Source of the DNA: a virus
Lineage: Duplodnaviria > Caudoviricetes
IMG/VR virus record: IMGVR_UViG_3300012921_000050
Location: 1-52,651 of that record
Length of the DNA: 52,651 nt
Strand: one strand, 5' to 3'
The notes beneath the pieces were generated by a model. The model searched no databases and was not told where the DNA came from. It worked only from the letters and a program-made list of their open reading frames with translations. The first letter of the stretch is position 1, and each line of letters begins with the position of its first letter. The position numbers and the translations under genes were made by a program. Positions 8,559-16,808 of this stretch are shown in pieces.

Positions 8559-8780
8559 ATGAGACTCCGCGACTACCTTCAGGAGACCGGACAGTCCGAG
8601 AACGCCTTCGCCGAGAAGGCGGAGCTTCCGGCGTCGACCATCAACCGTGTCGCCGCGGGAAAGGTCATGCCTCGCCGGACGACGCGGGACCGGATCGTCC
8701 GTGCCAGCGGTGGCCGCGTGACGCTCGAGGGTTTGCTTAAGGCCTATGCCGACGCGCACTCCGCCGGAGCGCTGGCCTGA
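8559..8780 (+). CDS. cro: Cro-like HTH protein
   Basis: MRLRDYL...FAEKAELPASTINRVAAGK.MP; divergent from cI. Confidence 0.88.
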   Translation: MRLRDYLQETGQSENAFAEKAELPASTINRVAAGKVMPRRTTRDRIVRASGGRVTLEGLLKAYADAHSAGALA

Positions 8781-9273
8781 CCATGACCCCGGGGGCCTCA
8801 TCGCCAATTCCTTCCCCGCGCCGGGTCGACCGAGCCGTGACGCTTCTCTCGCAGCACACGGACCGTCAGGCGGCGGGAGTGGGGCGGGTCGGACCAGGGG
8901 GTACGCGTTGCCTCCCCTTGTCCGCCCGCCCCACCGATGGACACGTGCTGCCACGCCTCGTCGACGGTGCCGCAGCGAGCGACCTGTTCTTCCTGGTGCA
9001 GCGGATCGGCGCGGCGCTCTTCGCCGCGATGTTCGGTGACAGCCATGCCCCCTCCAAATCCCGGGGGACGCTCTCACGCCAAGCTGCGGCGCACGAGTGG
9101 AAAGGGCTGCTGGCGTTCCACTCCGGCGGACTACTGACGCAGGGCGACGATGGCCGCTGCCTCGTCGGCGAGCGACCGAGCGAGTTCTGCGTGCCTGTCG
9201 GAGCGCTCTCGCGCAACCCGGAAGGGGTTGCGCTGCGCGCCTGCCCGCGCCAATCCCCAGGGGGGATTTCGCT

Positions 9274-9738
9274 GTGAAGCCGCGACCCGTCCTCTCGGTC
9301 GCGGACGCCGTCACCCGCATCATCGAAAAATGCGGCATGCCGGCCTGCATGAACGCGGTCGGCAAGTCCTCGGGCCTGATCTATCGCTGGGCCGACCCGG
9401 CCGACGAGTCAGCGCCGTCGCTGGCGCAGTCGATCGCGCTCGATCAGCTCTGGCTGCTGAGCGGCGGGGACGGCGAGGGACCGCTGCTCTCCGCCTACCG
9501 GGCGCAACTCGTCGCCGGCACGGTCACCGTCGAACAGCTCGGCGACATCCGCGACCGGGTCATGCAGATCGGGGTGGAGTTCGGCGAACTGAGCGGCGAC
9601 GTCGCCTCCGCTTTGGCCGATGGCCACGTGTCGCCGGCCGACGCATCCCGCCTGGCCAAGGACGTGCGCGACATGCGCAAGCATCTCGACGCCATGGAGC
9701 AGGGCCTTGCCGCCGTCAAAGCCCGGAGGGCGCCCTGA
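9274..9738 (+). CDS. Phage regulatory protein, CII-like
   Basis: GTG start; VGKSSGLIYRWADP HTH and ALADGHVSPADA motif; position after cro. Confidence 0.72.
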   Translation: MKPRPVLSVADAVTRIIEKCGMPACMNAVGKSSGLIYRWADPADESAPSLAQSIALDQLWLLSGGDGEGPLLSAYRAQLVAGTVTVEQLGDIRDRVMQIGVEFGELSGDVASALADGHVSPADASRLAKDVRDMRKHLDAMEQGLAAVKARRAP

Positions 9739-10139
9739 TGGCAAGAAAACTTGTCGCGCCCTCTGTGCCGGCTGCAGGGCTCACACCAGAGGTAGAGCCG
9801 ATGGGGATCGGCTGGCGCTCCACGGATGCGCTCAAGATTTCCGAGCAGCAGCTCAACCGCTTCGTGTCGCTGGTGGTCAATATCGGGACCGCCAACGATG
9901 CCAAGCCGCGCGAGACCGTGTCGGAGGTCGCCCGGCTGACCAAGCCGGGAGCGAGCAACGTCCAGCTGGGCCGCAACGGCGTGCGCGGGATCAAGCTTCT
10001 GCTGCTGATGGCCGGATTCCCGGCGCTGCAGCGCCACGTCAACGACATCCTCGCCCGCTTCCCGACCGAGCCCGACATCGTCGAGCAGAAGCTCAAGGAG
10101 CTGGAGGCGACGTGGCGGTCGCTCCGGAAGGGCGAGTAG
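9738..10139 (+). CDS. Hypothetical phage protein (possible DNA-binding)
   Basis: TGATG overlap; GGAGG RBS. Confidence 0.65.
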   Translation: MARKLVAPSVPAAGLTPEVEPMGIGWRSTDALKISEQQLNRFVSLVVNIGTANDAKPRETVSEVARLTKPGASNVQLGRNGVRGIKLLLLMAGFPALQRHVNDILARFPTEPDIVEQKLKELEATWRSLRKGE

Positions 10140-10146
10140 GGCCGTC

Positions 10147-10470
10147 ATGGGGGGCGACCGCTACATCGAAATCCCGGTAAGGCCGCGCGTACCGCTGCTC
10201 TGGCTGGATGCCGGATACTCGGCGGTCTGGATGCGCGGGCGCGACGGTGGCGCATGGCGGCTGGCCTGGCATGTCGGCGCCTATCCGTGGCCGTGGCGCT
10301 ATCCGTCGCCCTGGTGGCGGCACGGGCGTCTGCTCGTCGAGCATTGGTGGACGCTGATCCGGCCCCGCTACAGCGACTACCGGGTTGACCAGCCGCAGAA
10401 CCCCGTCGCGATCACCACGCTGTCGTGGCTGGGCATCGAGCTGAACTGGTTCGGCGCGGGGTGCTGGTGA
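10147..10470 (+). CDS. Hypothetical Trp-rich protein
   Basis: Packed ORF in the operon. Confidence 0.5.
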   Translation: MGGDRYIEIPVRPRVPLLWLDAGYSAVWMRGRDGGAWRLAWHVGAYPWPWRYPSPWWRHGRLLVEHWWTLIRPRYSDYRVDQPQNPVAITTLSWLGIELNWFGAGCW

Positions 10471-10586
10471 TGACCGACCCCGTGGCCCGCATCATCCAGG
10501 AGCTGGAGCGGCGGGCCGCCTCCGGCGAGGCGCTGAAAGTCCGGCCGACCCTCTACGTGCTGCGGCAGCCCAAGGTGTCGCGATGA
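10470..10586 (+). CDS. Small hypothetical protein (MTDPVARIIQE..., 38 aa)
   Basis: TGATG and ATGA overlaps on both sides; below the ORF-track cutoff. Confidence 0.5.
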   Translation: MTDPVARIIQELERRAASGEALKVRPTLYVLRQPKVSR

Positions 10587-10765
10587 GAGACGACGTCGCA
10601 GAAGCCCTCGAGGCCGCATGCCGGCCGCTCGGCAGCGACGACAGCATCGGTCAAACGCGACGCTACGAGTCCGTTGATGGGGTCCGCCACGCATTGCTCC
10701 GGCTGATCCGCGACATGCCGGACGATCTGACCATCGCCGAGCTGCGCGAGGAGCTGGAGCCGTGA
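10583..10765 (+). CDS. Hypothetical phage protein
   Basis: Coupled overlaps. Confidence 0.6.
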   Translation: MRDDVAEALEAACRPLGSDDSIGQTRRYESVDGVRHALLRLIRDMPDDLTIAELREELEP

Positions 10766-11478
10766 CGGAGAGTCCCGCCTTCGCGCTGGACCTCGTGGGG
10801 GGGGGTGACGTGGTGAAAGCCACCAACCTCTCCTCGGCCGTGATGGCGCAGCGCCACGCCTCGATCGACGGGCTCGACGATTTCCCGACGCCGCCGTGGG
10901 GTGGGCGCGCCCTGATCCGCCACGTGATCGGCCGGCAGCAGGTCGACGGGCTGACCATCTGGGAGCCGGCCGCGAACCGCGGGTTCCTGGTGCGCGGACT
11001 GCGGGATTGGGGCGCCACGGTGGTGGCCTCCGACGTCTACGACTACGGCGCCGGCTTTCCGGTGTTCGACTTCCTGCGCCTGCGCGGCGGGTTCTTCAAC
11101 GAGCTGCCGCCCTTCCTGCCGGCCGAAGGCGTCGACTGGATCGCCACCAACCCGCCGTTCAAGTCGCTGCTCGATTTCATCCGCACCGCGATGGCCATCG
11201 CCAAGGTCGGCGTGGCGATGCTCTGCCGCACGCAGTGCCTCGAGGGCGTCGACCGCTTCGAGCGCATCTTCAAGCCGTATGCCGACCGCTGGACTTTCGC
11301 CGTGTTCGTCGAGCGCATCCCCATGGTGGAGGGCCGCGTCGACCCGCAGGCCAGCAGCGCCACGTCCTACGGCTGGCTGGTCGTCTGGAAGGAGCCGCAG
11401 CCGCCCGAGTTCCTGCTGGCCCGCCGCCACATCCCCGTCTGCCGCCACGCCCTCGAAATGCCGGGAGACTATCGATGA
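10762..11478 (+). CDS. SAM-dependent DNA (N6-adenine/N4-cytosine) methyltransferase
   Basis: DDFPTPPW, WEPAANRG (SAM-binding motif), ATNPPF catalytic motif. Confidence 0.88.
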   Translation: MTESPAFALDLVGGGDVVKATNLSSAVMAQRHASIDGLDDFPTPPWGGRALIRHVIGRQQVDGLTIWEPAANRGFLVRGLRDWGATVVASDVYDYGAGFPVFDFLRLRGGFFNELPPFLPAEGVDWIATNPPFKSLLDFIRTAMAIAKVGVAMLCRTQCLEGVDRFERIFKPYADRWTFAVFVERIPMVEGRVDPQASSATSYGWLVVWKEPQPPEFLLARRHIPVCRHALEMPGDYR

Positions 11479-11639
11479 GCGACCCGTGGACCGATTTCGT
11501 GCGCGAGCGCGGGACCGCCGACGAATGGGCCGATCACGTGAACGCCTCGGCCACGGCGCTGGAGGCGGGCGAGGACGCGGTAGACGTCGACTTCGCGACC
11601 GTCCGCCACGACCGCTTCTTCCGCGGAGACGAAGCGTGA
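11475..11639 (+). CDS. Small acidic hypothetical protein
   Basis: ATGA/GTGA overlaps. Confidence 0.55.
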   Translation: MSDPWTDFVRERGTADEWADHVNASATALEAGEDAVDVDFATVRHDRFFRGDEA

Positions 11640-12148
11640 CCGGCCCCGCGCGCTGGAAGCTGCCGCCCCGCCGCTGCTCGCGCGCACTGCGCATGATCTG
11701 GCACGCCCCGGACGGCACCGACCGCGCCTTCCACATGCATATCGGCTTCGACAAGGGGCCGCTCTCCCCCGCGACCTTTCCGGGCGAGATCTTCATCACG
11801 CCCTCCACCCGGGCCGGGCGCGGCGGCAGCATGGTCCACTTCCATTCGCACGACGCGGCCGAGAGCGTGAGCCTGCTGCTGCAGCACGGCCACCAGATCG
11901 CCGACCTGCGCGAACGCTACAAGCGGGGCTCTCTCCTGCGCTGCGCCCTCGAATGGGCCTGGCTGGAATGCGACGCCATCCACGCCGACGTGCCGCCGCT
12001 GCCCGGCGACCTTCCGAAGACGGTGCTGGTCCACTGGCGGCGTCTCTGCGCCGAGGACGAGACGGCCGAGCAGGCCAAGCGCGACCCGCGCGGCGCCCTC
12101 GCGAACGCCGTTCGCCATGAGCTGCGGGCGATGGGTATCCCGGCATGA
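11636..12148 (+). CDS. TSCPD-like (class II ribonucleotide reductase C-terminal-like) domain protein
   Basis: LP.RR start, GEIFI, DAA..VSLLLQHG pattern. Confidence 0.65.
   Translation: MTGPARWKLPPRRCSRALRMIWHAPDGTDRAFHMHIGFDKGPLSPATFPGEIFITPSTRAGRGGSMVHFHSHDAAESVSLLLQHGHQIADLRERYKRGSLLRCALEWAWLECDAIHADVPPLPGDLPKTVLVHWRRLCAEDETAEQAKRDPRGALANAVRHELRAMGIPA
12101..12115. promoter_or_regulatory. 15-bp palindrome copy 3
   Basis: GCGAACGCCGTTCGC in the 3' end of a gene, 30 bp before the next start. Confidence 0.75.
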
Positions 12149-13185
12149 GCGAGTCCTCCGCCATCGAGTGGTGCGACGCGACCTGGCAAATCCTGTCGGG
12201 CTGCCGGCCGAAGAACACGGCCTGCCGCATCTGTTACTCGGCCAATCTGTGCGGCACGCGGCTGAAGCATCTGCCGGATACCAAGGGCTTGGTGCGTCGC
12301 TCGGCCGATGGCCGCTTCGTGTTCAACGGCGAGGTTAGGTTCAATGAGCGCCGTCTCGACTGGCCACTGCGCTGGAGGGGCGACTGGAATGCCCGGGCCG
12401 AGAGGCGACCGTCCCGCATCTTCGTCGCCGACCGCAGCGACATCGGGTACGAGACCGTCAAAGACGAGTGGCGGGACGCTATCTTCGCTATCCAGTATCG
12501 GGCCTTCCGCCACACCTTCATCAACCTGACAAAGCGCCCGGCCACCCTAGCGGCCTATCTACAGACCCCGGCGCGCATGCGCGCCATGACGCGCGCGGAG
12601 TACGTCCGGCTTGGCCACGATCTGAGCGAGCGCTCGGACCTTTGCGCAGAATTGCGCCGGGACGTTTACGACACTCCGGCTCTTGCCGCCTCGAATATGT
12701 GGATCGGCTGGTCAGCGCACGACCAGGAGAGCTTCGACGAGGGCTGGGCGGCGCTGAAGCCGCTCGCCCAGGCGGGCTGGCTGGTCTGGGTATCGATCGA
12801 GCCAATGCTCGGGCCGGTCGACGTGCGCAAGGCGCTGGCGGAAGGCCTGCGCTGGGTCGTGGTCGGCGGGGAGAGCGGCAAGGGCGCGCGGCCGATGCAC
12901 CCGGATTGGGTGCGCGAAATCGAGTGGGCTTGCGCGTTCGCAGGCGTGGCCTTCTTCTTCAAGCAATGGGGCGCCTGGGTCCCCGAGAGCCATCTGAGCC
13001 GGGCGACGCTGGCGAAGCTGAAGCCCAGGCACTTCCACGGCTGGACGGACCTGCCGGCCGGCACCGTAGACCTCCATTCATGGCGTCTGTCGAAGAAGAA
13101 GGCCGGCGCGCTGCTCGACGGAAAGCTGCACCGGCAATGGCCTGAGCAGCGGGTGGCTTCTGGCGCCGCCGGAGCGCGCCTGTGA
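12145..13185 (+). CDS. Phage Gp37/Gp68 (DUF5131) radical-SAM-like protein
   Basis: SAIEWCDATW, GC-x6-CxxCY, LTKRP, SIEPMLG, WVVVGGESG, FFFKQWG. Confidence 0.92.
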   Translation: MSESSAIEWCDATWQILSGCRPKNTACRICYSANLCGTRLKHLPDTKGLVRRSADGRFVFNGEVRFNERRLDWPLRWRGDWNARAERRPSRIFVADRSDIGYETVKDEWRDAIFAIQYRAFRHTFINLTKRPATLAAYLQTPARMRAMTRAEYVRLGHDLSERSDLCAELRRDVYDTPALAASNMWIGWSAHDQESFDEGWAALKPLAQAGWLVWVSIEPMLGPVDVRKALAEGLRWVVVGGESGKGARPMHPDWVREIEWACAFAGVAFFFKQWGAWVPESHLSRATLAKLKPRHFHGWTDLPAGTVDLHSWRLSKKKAGALLDGKLHRQWPEQRVASGAAGARL

Positions 13186-13448
13186 CCACGCCGCTCGAAG
13201 ACGCCAAGCGAAAGATCGCTGGGCAGGAGGCCGCCTTCATCGAGGCCTGCGCCGGCTACTGGCGGTGGAAGGGCAAGCGGCGCTCCGACGCGCGCGGCAC
13301 GGTGAAGTTCCGCTTCAAGCTGTCGTGGCAGTTCCTCGAGCTGCTGGAAATCCATTTCCGCCTGCGCATCGGCGCCTGGCCGAACCTGCCGGCGCCGCTG
13401 TCGCCTGCCGCCATCGACCGCACCCTGCCAACGGGAGACCGGGAATGA
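13182..13448 (+). CDS. Hypothetical phage protein
   Basis: Coupled overlaps. Confidence 0.6.
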   Translation: MTTPLEDAKRKIAGQEAAFIEACAGYWRWKGKRRSDARGTVKFRFKLSWQFLELLEIHFRLRIGAWPNLPAPLSPAAIDRTLPTGDRE

Positions 13449-13654
13449 AGTGCGGCGATAGCTTCAGGTCCGCGGCCGAGTTGCCCGATGCAGAGCCCGA
13501 CGAGGCTTACCAGCAGTTCTCGGACGCCGTCTTTGAGATCGCGCGGCGACGGATCAAGCATGTGGCGCCAAGGTTGTCCGCTTCGCTTGTTGACTACACC
13601 GCACGCGCCATCGCTCAAGAAGTCTCGGGCGTGAAGGTGAGGCGGCGCGCATGA
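13445..13654 (+). CDS. Hypothetical protein, paralog of 2508-2876
   Basis: ATGA overlaps on both sides; shared motif. Confidence 0.7.
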   Translation: MKCGDSFRSAAELPDAEPDEAYQQFSDAVFEIARRRIKHVAPRLSASLVDYTARAIAQEVSGVKVRRRA

Positions 13655-14583
13655 CCCGGATGCCCGTCATCCGCGTCATCGACCTCGAAGCGACGGGCTT
13701 CGCGCCGGAGGGCGTGCCGATCGAGATCGGCTGGTGCGACGCCATCAATACGTCGTTCGAGAGCCCGCCACATCCGCAGGCCTGGGTCCTCGGCAGCTCG
13801 CGCGCGCTGCTCTGCTCGCCCGGCTGCGCCATCCCGCCCGAGTCATCGGCGGTCCACCATCTGATCGAGGCCGATCTGGTCGGGGCGCCCGATTGGGAGA
13901 CGGTGCGTCGCACGGCGCTGGAATGGCGCGACGGCAGCGAGCAGGAGCTGGTGGCGCTGTGCGCCCACAACGCCGCCATGGAGGCGAACTACCTGCCGGC
14001 CGAGAGCGACGGCGGCCTGCCGTGGATCGACACGTGGAAATGCGCCCTGCGGCTGTGGCCCGAGGCGCCCAGCCACAGCAACCAGGCGCTGCGCTACTGG
14101 CGCAACCCCGCCGGGCTCGACCGGCGTAGGGCCGCGCCGGCCCACCGCGCCGGACCCGACGCCTATGTCACGGCGCATCTGCTGCGCGACATGCTCGCGG
14201 GCGGCGCCACCATTGAGCAGCTCGTCCAGTGGAGCACGGAGCCGGCGCTGCTGATGCGCGTGCCCTTCGGCCGCGACACGCGCGGCATGCGCTGGTCCGA
14301 AGTCGACGACGGGTTCCTGCAATGGGTGCTGGAGCGCGACTTCAACGAAGACGTGATGTTCACGGCGCAGCACGAGGTGGAGCGGCGCAAGGCCATCCGT
14401 GCCGCCATGACCGAGATCCGGCTGGGACTGGCCGAGTTCTACTCGGCAGAGGAAATCGAGACCTGGCTGAAGTCGCCGCAGACGCTGCTGGACGGCGCGG
14501 TCGCCTATGACCTGGTGCTCGCCGGCAAGAGCGACGAGGTCAAGCGCCTGATCGCCCAACTGCGCGACGGGGTCTACCTGTGA
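13651..14583 (+). CDS. DEDDh 3'-5' exonuclease (ExoX-like) fused to a C-terminal Xre/MbcA/ParS antitoxin-like domain
   Basis: IDLEATG, AHNAAME, WIDT, HRA..DAY; C-terminus WLKSPQTLLDGAVAYDLV..G.SDEV..LI..L.DGVYL. Confidence 0.85.
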   Translation: MTRMPVIRVIDLEATGFAPEGVPIEIGWCDAINTSFESPPHPQAWVLGSSRALLCSPGCAIPPESSAVHHLIEADLVGAPDWETVRRTALEWRDGSEQELVALCAHNAAMEANYLPAESDGGLPWIDTWKCALRLWPEAPSHSNQALRYWRNPAGLDRRRAAPAHRAGPDAYVTAHLLRDMLAGGATIEQLVQWSTEPALLMRVPFGRDTRGMRWSEVDDGFLQWVLERDFNEDVMFTAQHEVERRKAIRAAMTEIRLGLAEFYSAEEIETWLKSPQTLLDGAVAYDLVLAGKSDEVKRLIAQLRDGVYL

Positions 14584-15731
14584 ACGCCCATCGCCGCTTC
14601 AGCGAGCAGGAGATCGACGAGGCGAACAGCGCCCGTCCGCTGCACGAGCTGATCGGCGATGACGTCGCCCTGAAGAAGAAGGGCCGGGAATGGAACGGGC
14701 TGTGTCCGTTCCACAACGAGAAGACGCCCTCGTTCTGGGTCAACGACGACAAGGGCTTCTATCACTGTTTCGGCTGCGGCGCGCATGGCAACGCCATCGC
14801 CTTCGTCATGCGCATCGACAGCAAGACCTTCCCGGAGGCGGTGACGATCCTGCTCGGCCGCGTGCCGCGCGACTCCGAGGGGCGGAAGGTGCCGCAGAAG
14901 ACAACGACGGAGCGGCATGCCGAGGCTGACGCCTACACCCAGCACAAGATCGCCACGGGCAGGCGCAACTTCGAGCGCGCCCGCGCCGTCGCGCCGGGCG
15001 ACCCGGTGTGGCGCTACCTGCATGGGCGCTCCTGCCTCGTGACGCCGGTGCCGGCGGTGCTGCGCTTCGAGCCGCGCATGTGGCACCCGATGTTCTTCGA
15101 GGACAAGAAGCCGACGCGCACCTGGCCGGCGATGCTGGCCCGGGTCGACAACGTGGCCGGCGAGTTCACCGGCCTGCACATCACCTACCTGGTCGACGCC
15201 GGGGAAGGGCGGGTGACGCAGGACCCCGAACTGAAGGCCCAGCACCTCTCCAAAATGACCATTGGTGCCATCCGGGGCGGCGCCATCCGGCTGTTCGAAT
15301 CGTCGGGCACGCTCGCGGTCGACGAGGGCAACGAGAACGCGCTGGCCGCCTGGCTCGATCGCGACGGGCGGGTGCCGTTCTGGGCCATGCCGTCGCACGG
15401 CCACATGGCGGCGTTCGCCATCCCCGCCTGGGTGTCCAGCCTCGATATCCACGCCAACCGCGACAAGCCGATCGTCTGCAAGACCTGCGGCGGCAGCAAG
15501 AAGCGGCCGGACGGACAGCGCTGCAGCGAGTGCGACGGGAAGATTCACGCGCCCGAGGGCGTGGGGATGAAGTCGGCCCGCACGCTGCACGCCCGCGCGC
15601 TCGAGCAACAGGTGGTCGGCCGCGTCTATCTGCCCGGCGGCGGGCACAAGGATTCCGCCGACGCGCGCGTGGCGCGTCTCAGCGGACGGGGTCGGTTGTC
15701 GGCCGGCTCCGTCGAGGCTGCGGTGCTGTGA
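14580..15731 (+). CDS. DNA primase (CHC2 zinc finger + Toprim-like)
   Basis: GLCPFHNEKTPSF...YHCFGCGAHG; WPAM.A, GLHITYL, G...GGAIRL, DEG.ENAL. Confidence 0.88.
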   Translation: MNAHRRFSEQEIDEANSARPLHELIGDDVALKKKGREWNGLCPFHNEKTPSFWVNDDKGFYHCFGCGAHGNAIAFVMRIDSKTFPEAVTILLGRVPRDSEGRKVPQKTTTERHAEADAYTQHKIATGRRNFERARAVAPGDPVWRYLHGRSCLVTPVPAVLRFEPRMWHPMFFEDKKPTRTWPAMLARVDNVAGEFTGLHITYLVDAGEGRVTQDPELKAQHLSKMTIGAIRGGAIRLFESSGTLAVDEGNENALAAWLDRDGRVPFWAMPSHGHMAAFAIPAWVSSLDIHANRDKPIVCKTCGGSKKRPDGQRCSECDGKIHAPEGVGMKSARTLHARALEQQVVGRVYLPGGGHKDSADARVARLSGRGRLSAGSVEAAVL

Positions 15732-16330
15732 GGCCCGACCGATACCAGCTGCTCGACCAGGGGCGGAAGCTGATCGACTGTTTTGCCCGAGCGAACGCGT
15801 TGCCGGCGCCGATGGTTGAGCTTCGCACGGTCGCGCAGTGGCCTCACAGCGTCTGCGCCTTCTACCGGCCCACGTTCATTGCGATCTGCCTGCCGAAATG
15901 CGCGCCAATCGGGCTCGCCGGCCGCGCCTGGTCTTATCCCGGATGGATGGTGGACCGGACGCCTTACGGCGTCGTTGCGCATGAGCTGGGACACCACGCC
16001 GACCGCGAGCGCGGCCGGGCGGAGGGGCTGCCGTGCGGCGAGTATTACAGCGATTTCGGCAAGCGCGTGCACGGGAACGCGGGCGAGGCCGGCATCACCA
16101 GTTACGCCGATGCCGCCGACTATGTCGAGTGGTTCGCCGAGTGCTTCCGGCTCTTCGTCACCAACCCGGGGCTGCTGCAGGCCATCCGGCCGCGCACCTA
16201 TCGCGAGCTGACGGCCGCCAAGTTTCAGCCTGTTCTGCCTCTGGACTGGCGCGCGCTTCTGGCCGAGGCGCCAGAGCGCACGCGGAAGCTGGCCGAGCGG
16301 CGGGTGGAAGAGGCGAGGGCGCTGATATGA
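15728..16330 (+). CDS. Zincin-like metallopeptidase-domain protein
   Basis: GTG overlap; AHELGH (HExxH), ITSYA, EWFAECF. Confidence 0.72.
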   Translation: MRPDRYQLLDQGRKLIDCFARANALPAPMVELRTVAQWPHSVCAFYRPTFIAICLPKCAPIGLAGRAWSYPGWMVDRTPYGVVAHELGHHADRERGRAEGLPCGEYYSDFGKRVHGNAGEAGITSYADAADYVEWFAECFRLFVTNPGLLQAIRPRTYRELTAAKFQPVLPLDWRALLAEAPERTRKLAERRVEEARALI

Positions 16331-16614
16331 GCGAGCTGATCGTCCGCTGTCTCATCCTGTTCTGCACCCTGACGCCAAGCGGCCAGTGCGACCGAGCCGT
16401 CGCCTTCACGGAAGCCGAGACGCAGGAGATTGCCACCGCCCCGCGCACGCGCTGGACCTCGCCGGCCCACCAGGCGTGTCAGGCCCGGCTGCAGGAGCTG
16501 CGGGAGCGGGGGCCGGCCCCTTCTGCTGACGGACGGGGCGAGCGGCCGATCTGGGCGGAGCCCGTCCGCGGCCAAAGCGAACGCCGTTCGCCAGCGGTAG
16601 CGGAGGCGGAGTGA
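16327..16614 (+). CDS. Hypothetical protein
   Basis: ATGA overlap. Confidence 0.5.
   Translation: MSELIVRCLILFCTLTPSGQCDRAVAFTEAETQEIATAPRTRWTSPAHQACQARLQELRERGPAPSADGRGERPIWAEPVRGQSERRSPAVAEAE
16577..16591. promoter_or_regulatory. 15-bp palindrome copy 4
   Basis: GCGAACGCCGTTCGC near a gene end. Confidence 0.75.
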
Positions 16615-16808
16615 TGGCCGAACCGAAAAAGTGGGACCCAAAGCCGGGGATCGTTCGCCGCATGGAGCATCTGCGCGAGCTGGTCGACGAGGGCGAGATC
16701 ACGCAGGCAGCGTTCAATCGAGAGTACGGCGCCCTGACGCGGCAACTGATCGGCGACAAGGAATATCGGGCTGCCAAGCGGCGCATCGCCAAGGCGAGGC
16801 CGGGCTGA
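16614..16808 (+). CDS. Hypothetical protein
   Basis: GGAGG RBS; TGATG overlaps. Confidence 0.6.
   Translation: MAEPKKWDPKPGIVRRMEHLRELVDEGEITQAAFNREYGALTRQLIGDKEYRAAKRRIAKARPG

Noticed and set aside
8597-8612. GAGAACGCCTTCGCC in cro and other partial matches to the 15-mer (15791, 33373)
   Set aside because: They have two or more differences or altered spacing, which is compatible with chance in GC-rich coding DNA.
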